From positions 10,716 to 74,715 of the forward strand of contig JAKISE010000001.1 in assembly GCA_021648745.1 (NCBI GenBank): a stretch of 64,000 bases of DNA, given 5' to 3'. The stretch's first letter is position 1, and every line of letters begins with the position of its first letter. This DNA is from Cyclobacteriaceae bacterium (GTDB lineage Bacteria; Bacteroidota; Bacteroidia; Cytophagales; Cyclobacteriaceae). The notes beneath the pieces are model-generated. The model did not search any database and was not told the origin of the DNA. It saw only the letters and a list, made by a program, of their open reading frames with translations. Below are positions 6,431 through 17,696 of the stretch, piece by piece. The translations under genes and the position numbers were made by a program.

Positions 6431-9400
6431 ATGGGCACCAAATTTAATCTCTCTAAAATAATAATTTCTTTGGTTTTTTGTGGCTTGCCATTCATAACTT
6501 TTGCCCAAACCGAAGGGGAAGTAATGTTTACCAGCTTTGATGCCGATACCGATGATGGCATTTCTTTTGTGGCATTAGTAGATATACCTGATAACACATT
6601 TATACACTTTAATGATAATGAATGGAACGAATTGCCCATAGGAGGAGGCGGGGCATTTTTGACTACTTCTGAAACAGAAATGACATGGCAAAATAACACC
6701 GGAAGTGCTATTGCTGCTGGTACTGTTATAATAATCACCAATCTCAATTCTACACCAATACCGGATATTGGTACGATTACAACAGGAAATATTAATGCTG
6801 CCGCTTCCAACGAAGTTATTTATATATTTTTGGGTATCGACCGGTTTACACCTACAACTTTTCTTTCGGCCATTGCCAATAATGGGTTTAGCCTTGCTAA
6901 CGGATCATTGGTAAATACAGGGCTTACTGCCGGAGTTAATGCCATTTCAATTACTGGAAATGAAGATGTAATGGTATATACCAATAATACCAACTGCAAC
7001 AGTAGCGTTGCATCTTGTGCTGCCATTATAGCCAATGTAGCTAATTGGGCTACTGAAGATGGCTCAGGAGACCAATCTGTTAATGCTATTTACCCTGATT
7101 TTCCCATTAATGTTTGCGATGTAGCGGGCACCTTATTTTATCCTAGCCAATATTACTATTCGTTGGCTACAGGCGATTGGAATGCCAATACATCATGGTC
7201 GCTAACCTCCGATGGTTCGGGAGGGGCGGTTGCACTAGGCGAATACCCCAGAAGAACGGATAATGTGGTTATACGAAATGGCCACACCATTACTGTAAAT
7301 GCTACCGATGATAACAAATCATGTGGGGTTTCGCCCGATGGGTTAAGCAGAGCCAATGTGGGGGATTTTGCCTCTTCAGATGTAAGGATGTTCTATCAAA
7401 CTGGTGATATTATTATAGATGCCGGTGGCATCCTTAGTATTTCAGTACGATCGATGTACGAAGGGTATACATACATTAACGGTACATTAACAAGTACAGC
7501 CGACATCGTTAATCTGGGCAACTTGGAAACAACCACATCAGCTACTTTCTCAACCGATGACGATTTTATTATTTCCGGCAATAGTATAACTATACTAAAC
7601 AATACATCTTCTTCAGATGATGATTTATATATTGACTGGACAGATGCGCAGCTTTGTGGATCGGGTGTATTAAATATTGGTGCAGATGCAGGAAGTCCTT
7701 TAGATCCTACTATTCAATATTTAAATAGTGCTACCGAAGCACAAATATGTTCAGATTTTACTGTTAGCTGTACTGTAAATTGTGGAGGGTTTACCGCCCC
7801 TATTAATACTGGTTCTTATACTACAGGTGTTGATGGCCCAGGTGGTGTGGGCGATTTGGTTAACAATGGGTTGTGGTTAAAAGCCGATGATATATCGGCA
7901 GCAGATGGATCTGTTGTGGCTTCTTGGTCGGATGCATCGGGCAATAGTAACGATGCCGCACAATCTACATCAGGGCGAGAGCCTCTTTATTTTAGTACAA
8001 GCAGTATTAACGCTATGCCTGTTGTACGCTTTGATGGCACCGATGATGAAATGACCATTGCAGATGCAGATATTTTAGATAATTCATCCGGCCTTTCATT
8101 ATTTTCGGTACTTAGACCGGCCAATTTAGATGGAAGCCCTCGAGGCGTGCTAGGAAAGCGCATTAGTAGTGGTGATAACCTTAACTACTCTTACACATGG
8201 TTCTTTTTTACTTCAGATGCTCTATATGGTGATATTGTAACATTTAACGACCGCTACAATACTGGGGCAACAACCTACTCCAATGCTACTAACTACTTAC
8301 TTACTATGATTTACGATGGTTCGTTGGCAAGCGGGGTTCGATCAAATATGTACGATTCTGAAGCTAATGCAGTTACGGCCTCTGAAACATCAACATCTAT
8401 TTTAAATAGCAGTGCTGAACTTACCTTAGGGGCATTAAATTCTAATTATGGCACTTATCTGGGGGGAGATTATGCAGAAGTAATACAATTTAACCTTGCT
8501 GTAAATACAGCCCAACGTATTATTATCAATAATTACTTATCAGCTAAATATAATATAGCACTAAGTGCAAACGATGTATATGAAATGGACAACCCCGGAA
8601 ATAATAATTATGATTTTGAAGTAGCCGGTATTGGTCAGGCCAGTGATGGTAGCAGCCATAAAGACGCACAGGGAACTGGGCTAGTAAGGATGAATTTACC
8701 TAGTGATATTGATAATAATGAGTTTTTAATGTGGGGGCATGATAATGCCGATATAAATACCATAAATACTGTGGATGTTGATGGGGTTGTTATTGAAGCC
8801 AGACTTGAACGTGTATGGCGGATAAGTGAAAATAATGCCAGCGGCACAGCAGTTGATGTAGGTACTGTAAGGCTTACGTTTGATGTTTCTAACCTTCCTC
8901 CTACTATTCTTGGTTCTGATTTGCGGTTAATGATTACTCGCAATGATGCATTGTTTACAGATAATGATGTAGCACCACAAACTGGTTCTTATAATATAGA
9001 CAATCAATTTGTTACCTTTTCCAATGTTACTTTTACGGATGGCGATTATTTTACTCTGGGTACAATAGACAATACTAATACTCCACTACCTATTGAGTTA
9101 CTTAGCTTTAAAGCAAAAGCACTTCAAGGGAAAGTGAAGCTTTTCTGGAGTACGGCATCTGAGCAAAACAACGATTTATTTACTATAGAACGCTCCAACG
9201 GGCAGGGCGAGTGGTTGGCCATTGGCGAGATTGATGGGGCAGGCAACAGCAGTAAAGTCTTACAATATGAGCATTGGGACAGTAGCCCATTGAAAAATCG
9301 AAATTATTATCGACTTAAACAAACGGATTTTGATGGCACCAGCACCTATTCCTCTGTTAAAATGGTTGTTTTGGATGACTTAGGACGCATTAGCTTATAC

Positions 9401-9619
9401 CCAAACCCTTTTAATCAATCGGTTACAGTTCTTGCCGATTTCGATCTTGATGATGCTTCGGTTCAGCTTTTTAATATGATGGGCGAAACAATATCCTCAC
9501 AGGTGAAAAAACAAGGAAGGAACATAGTGTTTAATACCACCCATTTGGATAGTGGTATTTACATTATTAAAATCTCTTATAACCAAGGCGCACGTACCTA
9601 TAAAATAATAAAGCAGTAA
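6431..9619 (+). CDS. Secreted T9SS cargo protein with a LamG/concanavalin-A-like domain (1062 aa)
   Basis: Signal peptide. LamG-like VVRFDGTDDEMTI region. C-terminal Por/T9SS sorting domain (LYPNPFNQSVTVL...GIYIIKISY...YKIIKQ). Confidence 0.8.
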   Translation: MGTKFNLSKIIISLVFCGLPFITFAQTEGEVMFTSFDADTDDGISFVALVDIPDNTFIHFNDNEWNELPIGGGGAFLTTSETEMTWQNNTGSAIAAGTVIIITNLNSTPIPDIGTITTGNINAAASNEVIYIFLGIDRFTPTTFLSAIANNGFSLANGSLVNTGLTAGVNAISITGNEDVMVYTNNTNCNSSVASCAAIIANVANWATEDGSGDQSVNAIYPDFPINVCDVAGTLFYPSQYYYSLATGDWNANTSWSLTSDGSGGAVALGEYPRRTDNVVIRNGHTITVNATDDNKSCGVSPDGLSRANVGDFASSDVRMFYQTGDIIIDAGGILSISVRSMYEGYTYINGTLTSTADIVNLGNLETTTSATFSTDDDFIISGNSITILNNTSSSDDDLYIDWTDAQLCGSGVLNIGADAGSPLDPTIQYLNSATEAQICSDFTVSCTVNCGGFTAPINTGSYTTGVDGPGGVGDLVNNGLWLKADDISAADGSVVASWSDASGNSNDAAQSTSGREPLYFSTSSINAMPVVRFDGTDDEMTIADADILDNSSGLSLFSVLRPANLDGSPRGVLGKRISSGDNLNYSYTWFFFTSDALYGDIVTFNDRYNTGATTYSNATNYLLTMIYDGSLASGVRSNMYDSEANAVTASETSTSILNSSAELTLGALNSNYGTYLGGDYAEVIQFNLAVNTAQRIIINNYLSAKYNIALSANDVYEMDNPGNNNYDFEVAGIGQASDGSSHKDAQGTGLVRMNLPSDIDNNEFLMWGHDNADINTINTVDVDGVVIEARLERVWRISENNASGTAVDVGTVRLTFDVSNLPPTILGSDLRLMITRNDALFTDNDVAPQTGSYNIDNQFVTFSNVTFTDGDYFTLGTIDNTNTPLPIELLSFKAKALQGKVKLFWSTASEQNNDLFTIERSNGQGEWLAIGEIDGAGNSSKVLQYEHWDSSPLKNRNYYRLKQTDFDGTSTYSSVKMVVLDDLGRISLYPNPFNQSVTVLADFDLDDASVQLFNMMGETISSQVKKQGRNIVFNTTHLDSGIYIIKISYNQGARTYKIIKQ

Positions 9620-9663
9620 TAATCTTTCAACCGATTTAACAGCGAGTTTATAGAGTTTGAATT

Positions 9664-9699
9664 AAAAAATGGTACAAGCGGACGCTTGCACCATTTTTT
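9664..9699. terminator. Bidirectional terminator between convergent genes
   Basis: aaaaaatggtacaagcg-gac-gcttgcaccatttttt. Stem has one mismatch, flanked by A and T runs. Confidence 0.5.
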
Positions 9700-11908
9700 A
9701 ATGAGCATCTTTAAATTCTTCTAACTTCGATTTATCCTCTCGTTTAGGGAAGTAATTATTATTCGTCTCGGTATCACCTGTTTCCTTTTTCGGGTCGATG
9801 GTTATATTTACAACCTCCTTATTTTTTACAAATACCTTTTTCACTTCATGTTCATTCGACCTCCAGATTTCTGCTGGAATTTGCTCTATTTCCTTTGTGC
9901 CATCTGCAAACGTCCACTCAATAATAATGGGAGAAACTAGACCTCCAGCATTTTTGAAAGAAAGCTCATAGAAATTCTTGCCATTATAAGAACTCGCAAT
10001 CGCCTTATCATCAACTCTTGCTTTAAACTCGCCATAAAAGCGACCAGGGGTATCTGTAATGGTTAATGCATTGGGCCCATTAGAAAAATCTACATTATTC
10101 CCGTCCTCGTCTATATTTGCATTTTCTATTTTACCCAACTGGTTTTGACCTTCAATGCCTTGAGAAACTGTATTAGTTTTAAACCAACGTACATTCGAAA
10201 GCTCCACATCTACATGGTCTATAGAATAAAACCATCCTTTCCAAAACCAATCTAAATCAACTGCCGAAGCGTCTTCCATTGTTCTAAAGAAATCCGCTGG
10301 CATGGGATGCTTAAATGCCCAACGCTCTGCATATTCTTTAAAGGCCATGTCAAAAAGTTCTTCGCCCATAACTGTTTCGCGCAGCAACACTAGAGCGGCC
10401 GATGGCTTCCCATAGGCGTTATAACCAAATTGCCTGATTTGTTCGGAGTTAGTCATAATAGGACGAATATACTCAGGATTACCTTTCATATAGCGAGTAA
10501 CCCCTTGTGGGGTTCCCCAAGTAAGGTCAAAATCCGGGTAGTATTTAACCATTGTGTTATGCTCCATAAAGGTGTTCAAGCCTTCGTCCATCCAAGTCCA
10601 TTGTCGCTCATCGGAGTTGATAATCATTGGGAAGAAATTATGCCCTACTTCGTGCACAATAACACCAACCATACTTTCTAATGTTCGCTGAGAATATTTC
10701 CCCTTTTCATCTGGGCGACCAAAATTAAAGCAAATCATGGGGTACTCCATTCCTTGGTTTGCTGCATGAACAGAAATAGCCACAGGATAGGGGTAATCTA
10801 TTGTTTTTTCTGAGTAGTACTTCAGTGTATTTACAACTGCTTCGGTAGAATACTCTGCCCATAAAGAGTTTCCTTCTTTAGGATAAAACGACATGGCCAT
10901 CGGTTTTTGATTCTCTAGTTGAACCGCAACCGCATCCCAAATATATTTCCTTGATGAAGTAAAGGCAAAATCCCTTACATTATCAGCCTTAAAACTCCAG
11001 GTTTTTGTTCCATCAGGTTTCGACTTTTCATTTTTCTTGGCTTCTTTTTCTGTTACGATAAACACAATTTCTTCAGAATTTTGTGCTTGTTTCCAACGTT
11101 CCTGCTGTTTTTCAGTTAGTACTTCTTTTTCATTTTGCAACCAGCCCGTTGAGCCTACAATATGGTCAGAAGGCACCGTGATATTTACTTCATAATTACC
11201 AAAGGTTAAGGCAAACTCACCTTTACCTAAAAACTGTTTGTGCTGCCATCCGTTTACATCATCGTACACCGCCATGCGTGGAAACCATTGTGTTAATGTA
11301 AATGCATAGTTATCATCTTTTGGAAAGTACTCATAGCCACCACGGCCATCAACTAACATACGGTCATACATATTATACCACCAATCAATGGAGAATTCGA
11401 ACGAATCGCCAGTAGCCATTGCTGTTGGCAAATCTATCCGCATCATTGTTTCTACAATCGTATATTTCAATTGGTTTCCATTGGCATCTTTTACAAATAC
11501 AATTTTAAAACCGCCATCGTAGCCATTATAATCATCGGTGTAACGCATCATAGATTTTGCTGCCACAGAATCGCGCATTCTGCGAGTACCCACTTGGGTG
11601 CCTAAGGCATTTTTTTGGCGAACATTCTGATCCAACTGTACCCATAAATACCCCAATTTATCAGGAGAATTATTCGTGTAAGTAATTTTTTCAGAGCCTG
11701 TTAGTTTTAGTGTATTTTCATCGATGGTCACATCAATTTTATGATCTGCTTGTTGCTGCCAGTACTTAACGCCTGGAGCACCTGCTGCATTTCTGTACTC
11801 GTTTGGCGTTGGTAGTTGAGTACCTAATTGTTCAAATTTGCCTTGCCAATTTTGGGAGTTGGCCATAAATGGCATGGCCAAAAGGGTAACGATTAATAGC
11901 TTTTTCAT
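9698..11908 (-). CDS. M1-family (gluzincin) metallopeptidase, secreted
   Basis: HEVGHNFFPMIINSDERQWTWMDEGLNTF (HExxH...E). Signal peptide begins at MKKLLIV, so the start is trimmed from 11932 to 11908. Confidence 0.85.
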   Translation of the reverse strand: MKKLLIVTLLAMPFMANSQNWQGKFEQLGTQLPTPNEYRNAAGAPGVKYWQQQADHKIDVTIDENTLKLTGSEKITYTNNSPDKLGYLWVQLDQNVRQKNALGTQVGTRRMRDSVAAKSMMRYTDDYNGYDGGFKIVFVKDANGNQLKYTIVETMMRIDLPTAMATGDSFEFSIDWWYNMYDRMLVDGRGGYEYFPKDDNYAFTLTQWFPRMAVYDDVNGWQHKQFLGKGEFALTFGNYEVNITVPSDHIVGSTGWLQNEKEVLTEKQQERWKQAQNSEEIVFIVTEKEAKKNEKSKPDGTKTWSFKADNVRDFAFTSSRKYIWDAVAVQLENQKPMAMSFYPKEGNSLWAEYSTEAVVNTLKYYSEKTIDYPYPVAISVHAANQGMEYPMICFNFGRPDEKGKYSQRTLESMVGVIVHEVGHNFFPMIINSDERQWTWMDEGLNTFMEHNTMVKYYPDFDLTWGTPQGVTRYMKGNPEYIRPIMTNSEQIRQFGYNAYGKPSAALVLLRETVMGEELFDMAFKEYAERWAFKHPMPADFFRTMEDASAVDLDWFWKGWFYSIDHVDVELSNVRWFKTNTVSQGIEGQNQLGKIENANIDEDGNNVDFSNGPNALTITDTPGRFYGEFKARVDDKAIASSYNGKNFYELSFKNAGGLVSPIIIEWTFADGTKEIEQIPAEIWRSNEHEVKKVFVKNKEVVNITIDPKKETGDTETNNNYFPKREDKSKLEEFKDAH

Positions 11909-12011
11909 ATGGAAATTAATTATAGTCATCAATTTTGATTGAGAAGCTTCTCCGCAAATTAGGGATCGCTTCGTTCCTCGCGATGGCGTTACTTATTTTT
12001 AATTCTACTAA

Positions 12012-14234
12012 CTACTTATTCTTAAATTCGTCCAATCTAGATTTCGACTCTTGCTTAGGAAATACATTATTATCTGTGTTTACATCAGCCGTTCTTTGTT
12101 CAGGGTCAATCGAAATACTTGCCACCTCTTTGTCTTTTGCAAACACTTTTTTAACCTGACTTTCATTCGATCTCCAAATTTCAGCAGGAATCATTTCTGT
12201 TTCCTTTGTGCCATCAGTATAGGTCCACTCAATAATAATTGGCATTACTAAACCGCCATTATTTTTTAAAGTTAGCTCGTAAAAATTCTTCTTCGCATTT
12301 CTTTTTTTAATAGCCTCATCATCAACTGTGTTCATAAATTCACCATAATAACGATCTGGTGTATCGGTAATTGCTAAGTTTTCTGGCCCGTTCGAAAAGT
12401 CATTATTATTACCATCTTCATCTTTATTGGCATTTTCAATTTTCCCGCTCTGGTTTTGACCTTCAATACCTTGAGAAACTGTATTCACTTTAAACCAACG
12501 AACATTACTCAACTCAATTTCAACATTATCTATAGTATAGAACCAACCCTTCCAATACCAATCTAAATCTACCCCAGAAGCATCTTCCATGGTACGGAAA
12601 AAATCAGCAGGCTCTGGATGCTTAAATGCCCAGCGAGTTGCGTACTCCTTAAATGCGTGATCAAATTCTTTTTCACCCATAATGGTTTCCCTAAGAATGG
12701 TTAAAGCCGTAGCAGGCTTAGCATAGGCATTATTGCCAAACTGAATGATTTGTTCTGAGTTGGTCATAATCGGACGAATATAATCAGGATCGCCCTTCAT
12801 ATAATTTACAATTGTGCTAGGCTCACCTCTTCTTTTTGGCATATCAGGGTAATTCTCTTTTTGGGTAACGGTTTGCACAAATGTGTTTAAGCCTTCATCC
12901 ATCCAAGTCCACTGACGTTCATCTGAATTAATTATCATTGGAAAAAAATTATGGCCCACTTCGTGCACAATAACACCAATCATTCCCCATTTTTTCCTGT
13001 CAGAGTAAGTGCCATCTTCTTGTGGTCTTCCGAAATTGAAGCAAATCATTGGATACTCCATTCCTATGCTTGCAGCATGAACCGATATGGCTACCGGATA
13101 AGGATAATCTATTGTCATTCTTGAATAAGTTCTGAGCGCATGAGCTACTGCTTTAGTAGATTCTTTTTCCCATAATGGATTTCCTTCTTTAGGATAAAAC
13201 GACATAGCCAACGGTTTTTTATCATTAACTTCTACCATTTGAGCATCCCAAATAAATTTACGAGACGATGCAAAAGCAAAATCTCTCACATTTTCGGCTT
13301 TAAAATGCCATGTGCTTTTCTTTGTTGATTTGGCTTTTTCCTTTTTTATGGCTTCGTCTTGAGTTACAATAATTACTTGTTTTCCAGAAGTTTGAGCTTG
13401 TTCAAAACGTTCTTGTTCAATAGCGGTAAGTACGTCTTTAGGATTTTGGAGTGCACCTGTTGAGGCTACGATATGATCCGCAGGTACGGTAATTTCAACA
13501 TCGTAATCACCAAAAACCAAGGCAAACTCGCCTCTTCCTAAGAATTGTTTATTTTGCCATCCTTCCACATCGCTGTACACTGCCATCCGAGGAAACCATT
13601 GTGCAATCGTATACAGGTAGTTGTCATCTTTAGGAAAATACTCATAACCGCCTCTGCCTCCTAGGGACATTCGGTCGTTAATATTATACCACCAATCGAT
13701 TGAAAACGACACGTTTTGCCCTGGTTTTAGTGCTTCTGGCAAGTTTAGGCGCATCATTGTGTTATTAACAACATAATCCATATCGTTGCCTTTTGCATCT
13801 TTTACGGCCGTAAGTTTAAAGCCTCCATCATAATCAACATCATACAATACATATTGCTGAAGTACTTTACCCGAAATAGAGTCAGAGCGCAAGCTAGAAG
13901 AAGCCACCTGGGGCGTTTGTGATGTTTTCGACCTCATATTTTGATCAAGCTGAATCCATAGATAGGTTAAGATATCTGGGCTATTATTAAAATAGGTAAT
14001 CGTTTCTGATCCTTTAATAGTTTGCTTGTCCTCATCGAGAGCCACTTTTATTTTATAATCCGCTTTTTGCTGCCAATAAGCTTCTCCTGGCGCACCAGAA
14101 GCTGTTCGGTAAGCGTTGGGGGTGGGCAAAGTAGTACCTAGCTGCTCAAATTTTCCTTGCCAGCCCGACTTTTCTTGTGCATTGCCTAGCATGGCAACAG
14201 ATAGCAATGTAATTAACAGGATTAATCGTTTCAT
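12012..14234 (-). CDS. M1-family metallopeptidase, tandem paralogue of 9698-11908
   Basis: Same HEVGHNFFPMIINSDERQWTWMDEGLNTF motif. Collinear similarity over the full length (about two-thirds identical by eye). Signal peptide. Confidence 0.85.
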   Translation of the reverse strand: MKRLILLITLLSVAMLGNAQEKSGWQGKFEQLGTTLPTPNAYRTASGAPGEAYWQQKADYKIKVALDEDKQTIKGSETITYFNNSPDILTYLWIQLDQNMRSKTSQTPQVASSSLRSDSISGKVLQQYVLYDVDYDGGFKLTAVKDAKGNDMDYVVNNTMMRLNLPEALKPGQNVSFSIDWWYNINDRMSLGGRGGYEYFPKDDNYLYTIAQWFPRMAVYSDVEGWQNKQFLGRGEFALVFGDYDVEITVPADHIVASTGALQNPKDVLTAIEQERFEQAQTSGKQVIIVTQDEAIKKEKAKSTKKSTWHFKAENVRDFAFASSRKFIWDAQMVEVNDKKPLAMSFYPKEGNPLWEKESTKAVAHALRTYSRMTIDYPYPVAISVHAASIGMEYPMICFNFGRPQEDGTYSDRKKWGMIGVIVHEVGHNFFPMIINSDERQWTWMDEGLNTFVQTVTQKENYPDMPKRRGEPSTIVNYMKGDPDYIRPIMTNSEQIIQFGNNAYAKPATALTILRETIMGEKEFDHAFKEYATRWAFKHPEPADFFRTMEDASGVDLDWYWKGWFYTIDNVEIELSNVRWFKVNTVSQGIEGQNQSGKIENANKDEDGNNNDFSNGPENLAITDTPDRYYGEFMNTVDDEAIKKRNAKKNFYELTLKNNGGLVMPIIIEWTYTDGTKETEMIPAEIWRSNESQVKKVFAKDKEVASISIDPEQRTADVNTDNNVFPKQESKSRLDEFKNK

Positions 14235-14254
14235 ATTTTATTTATTATAAATTA

Positions 14255-14839
14255 TTACCAAAATTTTGTTTCAATCATTAATGTGGTGGCAATAGCTGCT
14301 ACACCGGAGGAAACCACCAATTTCCAATCTCTTCTTGTTACACCAAGTATACCTACAAATAAAAAGGAAAGTGCCAAAAAAGATAGAACAATTATAATTT
14401 GTCCTACTTCTAAACCAACATTGAATGCCAATAATTGTGTAAATATGGTGGTATCTGTGCCTAAAAGGCTTCTTAAGTAATTTGAAAAGCCCATGCCGTG
14501 AATGAGACCGAATAATAATGCAAGCCAATAGTTCAATTGGATTTTCTTTGTGCTCTGTTCAGCTCTCTTCCTTAATAAATTAACTAATGCTGTAAAAAAA
14601 ATAGTGACAGGGATTAAAAATTCGATTAAGTCGGAATTGAACCTAATAATTTGTAAAGTAGCTAAGGCTAGTGTAATAGAATGCCCTACGGTAAAGGCTG
14701 TAACTAATATTAGCACTCGTTTCCAATCCCTTAAAAGGTAAATGGTTGTTAGCGCTACCACAAAAAGGATATGATCGTAGCCCCTTATATCAAGGATATG
14801 CTCCATTCCTAACTGAAAATATAACCTAAATGTATCCAA
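14255..14839 (-). CDS. HupE/UreJ-family membrane protein
   Basis: GYDHILFVVAL...GHSITLA motif. About 6 TM segments. Confidence 0.7.
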   Translation of the reverse strand: MDTFRLYFQLGMEHILDIRGYDHILFVVALTTIYLLRDWKRVLILVTAFTVGHSITLALATLQIIRFNSDLIEFLIPVTIFFTALVNLLRKRAEQSTKKIQLNYWLALLFGLIHGMGFSNYLRSLLGTDTTIFTQLLAFNVGLEVGQIIIVLSFLALSFLFVGILGVTRRDWKLVVSSGVAAIATTLMIETKFW

Positions 14840-14919
14840 TAGCTCTCTTTTTAAAAGTCGTAAAATTAATGTTTAATTTTGGGTTTTATTAACCGTTTGT
14901 ATAATTGAGAATTCAATAA

Positions 14920-15408
14920 ATGACTATTCTAATATCCATTATTACTTTTTGGGCTTCCATCTTTTTGCACCCCTTTCATGTATCTATTTGCGAAATCGAA
15001 CACGATGAGGAAACGAAGGCATTACAAGTATCTGAACGTGTGTTTTTAGACGATTTGGAAGAAACTTTGAACAAAGTGTATAACGTTAGGCTTGATGTAG
15101 TAAACCCTCAGAATAAAGTGTATTTGGATTCCTTAATTAAAGATTATATCCTAAGCCATTTAGAAATCACTATTGATGGTAAACAAAAGAAGCGTAAATA
15201 TATTGGCCACGAAATTGAGCAAGATGCTTTGTGGTGTTATATAGAATATTATGGAGTAAAAAAAATGAAATCGGTGAGCATTACCAACACTATTTTTTTT
15301 GAGCTTTTCGATGATCAAAATACGCTTATCCATTTTAAATATAATGGGAAAACGATTAGTAAGCGGTTAACGAAGACAAGACCTACAGAGGTGTTTGAGT
15401 TTGAGTGA
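14920..15408 (+). CDS. Hypothetical protein (resembles the DUF6702 family often found next to HupE/M1 genes in Flavobacteriia)
   Basis: 162-aa ORF with an N-terminal TM segment and HPFHVSICEIEHD. Family assignment is from memory only. Confidence 0.45.
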   Translation: MTILISIITFWASIFLHPFHVSICEIEHDEETKALQVSERVFLDDLEETLNKVYNVRLDVVNPQNKVYLDSLIKDYILSHLEITIDGKQKKRKYIGHEIEQDALWCYIEYYGVKKMKSVSITNTIFFELFDDQNTLIHFKYNGKTISKRLTKTRPTEVFEFE

Positions 15409-15572
15409 TATTAATAAGTTTCACTTCCTTCATCCACTTCTCTATCCTTCAAAAAAATTTCAAAACTTGCTAAACGGAGAAAGTGTGAAATAATATACAA
15501 AGAATATAATGACTCTGATTAGTACTAAAAAATACCCACTAGAAACTGACGGCAGTTTAGTAATGTTAAATT

Positions 15573-17696
15573 TTACGGATACACCTTCTCCAGATTTGCA
15601 TTAATCATTTGGTAAAGACCATCACCTATTAAGTGAATACTGGCATCATTAAGCTTATAAATTCGTTGAATGGGTACACTAACTCCAAGGTTTATTATTT
15701 TTTCTTGACCCTTAACCCCTGCAAAATCTACTTTAGTTAGAAGTACCTTAGGCTTGCCTAAACTAATAGAGTTTCTAGCAATTATGTAGCCATTTTCTGT
15801 TCTTAGAAATCCAACAAATGATCCTACATTGGCATCTGAGTAAGTCCAACTAACCTCGCCTAAGCTATTAATCGTTTTAAGCTCGAACTTATTCTTTTCA
15901 GAATCATCTAATGTTAGATTATTACCATTATAACTAATGACAAAACTGTTTTGTTCTTCATTATACAATACCTTGCGAGGGTATAAATCAGACCCTAACC
16001 GCTTGGCAATTTTTATATTGCCATCTAATAATACTTGCACTAGAGAATTTGCATGGCTTTGAGAAGTTAAATGGGTTGACCGGATTAACATAGCGACTCC
16101 TTCATTGGTAAGAGTAATACTAGCCAATTTACTATTGCTATCGACTCCAGCACTATCTATTTCTATATCGTAATTTTTAAACCATTTTAGTTTATTTTGG
16201 CTATTAATTTTAAGCAAGTAAACCTTTGTATTTCTTAGCTTTTTATTGGGTTTATATTCGCCTGCCACATAAAATCCCCCATCGGGTGCTGCTAAAATAT
16301 GAGTAGTATAGGGCACACCTGTTGCCAAAAGAGCCGTGTCAATACGGGCAATATAGAGGGGAACCCGTAAGCTTTTGTAACGCACAGTAGTTCCAATAGA
16401 ATCAATCGGTTTAATTGACTCAACTCCTTCTTGCAGAAGTTCACCGTATATCGCAAGCTCCTTTCTTAGGTTGTTCTTTTCAGACGCCATATACTGGCTG
16501 CTACCATCTATGCCTTTATAGTTTTCATCTAAAAACAATTTATACTTAGCCATTCGCACGGCATCAAACCTATTTTTAAACTGCGAAATAATGCTATCTG
16601 ATTCTAGTATCTGATATACCATTTTATTGTAAAACAGAAGTTTGCGCTCAATTTCAATATTGGCTGTATCAAAGTACAGGCTATTCTTTTCTTCTATTAA
16701 CAGCTTTTGTTTCGATTCTTTATATTTTAACAGGGGCACTATCGGATTATTATAATCAAACCTCAGTAAATTAAAAACCAATGATTTATCAACAGGAACT
16801 ACAACTGCTTCTCGATTGCCAGCAGAACTACTAATCTTTGAAATGGCAGCATTTTGCCTATCTTCATTGGTTTTCAGCAATTTTCTTAATTCCGCTATAT
16901 CGCCTTGCACTACAGCCCTTACAGTATCCACCCAAGCTCCATAATTCCAAATATCCACGTCATTTTTTAAAAAATCAATTTGTGTTACCAGTCCATCGTA
17001 TCGAAAAACATTAATTGGGCTGATTGTTAATATTTGGTTATAGCCTTTTAGTTTAAAACTATCCGTATTTACTTTAAATGCTTCAAAATAATAAATCGAG
17101 GAATCGTAATCTGATTTTAAGGTGGTAAATTTTTCATCTAGTTTACTATCATACAGCAAGTAGAGGTTTTTTAAACTTAGATAATTACTAGAGATTTGAT
17201 TGAAATTTTTAACGGATTTATCGTAAAAATCAACTGAAGTTGTAAAGTTTGAATACACTAACGGTAAGCTCTTTATTATTTTACTAACCTCTTCATTTTC
17301 ACTTTTTAGCTCTTGCTTTACTAGGCTAAATGTAACCTCCGTAACCTCATTTTTTTTTGCAATCCAAGCGTAATACTCACTACGCTTATTAACTTCTTTC
17401 TCTGTAATAAGTAAGCCTGCTTTAAATAGTTTCTGTTGAGCTCTTTCAGCCAGAGCCTGCACCATTTCATACTCAATTAAGGGATCTACCTCTAAAGCCT
17501 TTTTTAAATATAAACTAGCAATTTTTAAATTAGCTGCTGGATGGTCTAAGTTTTTAATCAAAAATGCATTGAGAACATCCATGGTATACTTATCGGAAGC
17601 ACCTTCAATCATTGGCACAATATCCTTATATTTAGTTACTTGCGCTAAGCTCTTTATTGATAAGCAAGCTAGACATATATATATAAGTACTCTCAT
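15573..17696 (-). CDS. Exported hypothetical protein (707 aa), third gene of the CHAT operon
   Basis: Signal peptide MRVLIYICLACLSIKSLAQ. ATGA overlap with the upstream OmpA-family gene. No recognisable catalytic motif. Confidence 0.6.
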   Translation of the reverse strand: MRVLIYICLACLSIKSLAQVTKYKDIVPMIEGASDKYTMDVLNAFLIKNLDHPAANLKIASLYLKKALEVDPLIEYEMVQALAERAQQKLFKAGLLITEKEVNKRSEYYAWIAKKNEVTEVTFSLVKQELKSENEEVSKIIKSLPLVYSNFTTSVDFYDKSVKNFNQISSNYLSLKNLYLLYDSKLDEKFTTLKSDYDSSIYYFEAFKVNTDSFKLKGYNQILTISPINVFRYDGLVTQIDFLKNDVDIWNYGAWVDTVRAVVQGDIAELRKLLKTNEDRQNAAISKISSSAGNREAVVVPVDKSLVFNLLRFDYNNPIVPLLKYKESKQKLLIEEKNSLYFDTANIEIERKLLFYNKMVYQILESDSIISQFKNRFDAVRMAKYKLFLDENYKGIDGSSQYMASEKNNLRKELAIYGELLQEGVESIKPIDSIGTTVRYKSLRVPLYIARIDTALLATGVPYTTHILAAPDGGFYVAGEYKPNKKLRNTKVYLLKINSQNKLKWFKNYDIEIDSAGVDSNSKLASITLTNEGVAMLIRSTHLTSQSHANSLVQVLLDGNIKIAKRLGSDLYPRKVLYNEEQNSFVISYNGNNLTLDDSEKNKFELKTINSLGEVSWTYSDANVGSFVGFLRTENGYIIARNSISLGKPKVLLTKVDFAGVKGQEKIINLGVSVPIQRIYKLNDASIHLIGDGLYQMINANLEKVYP

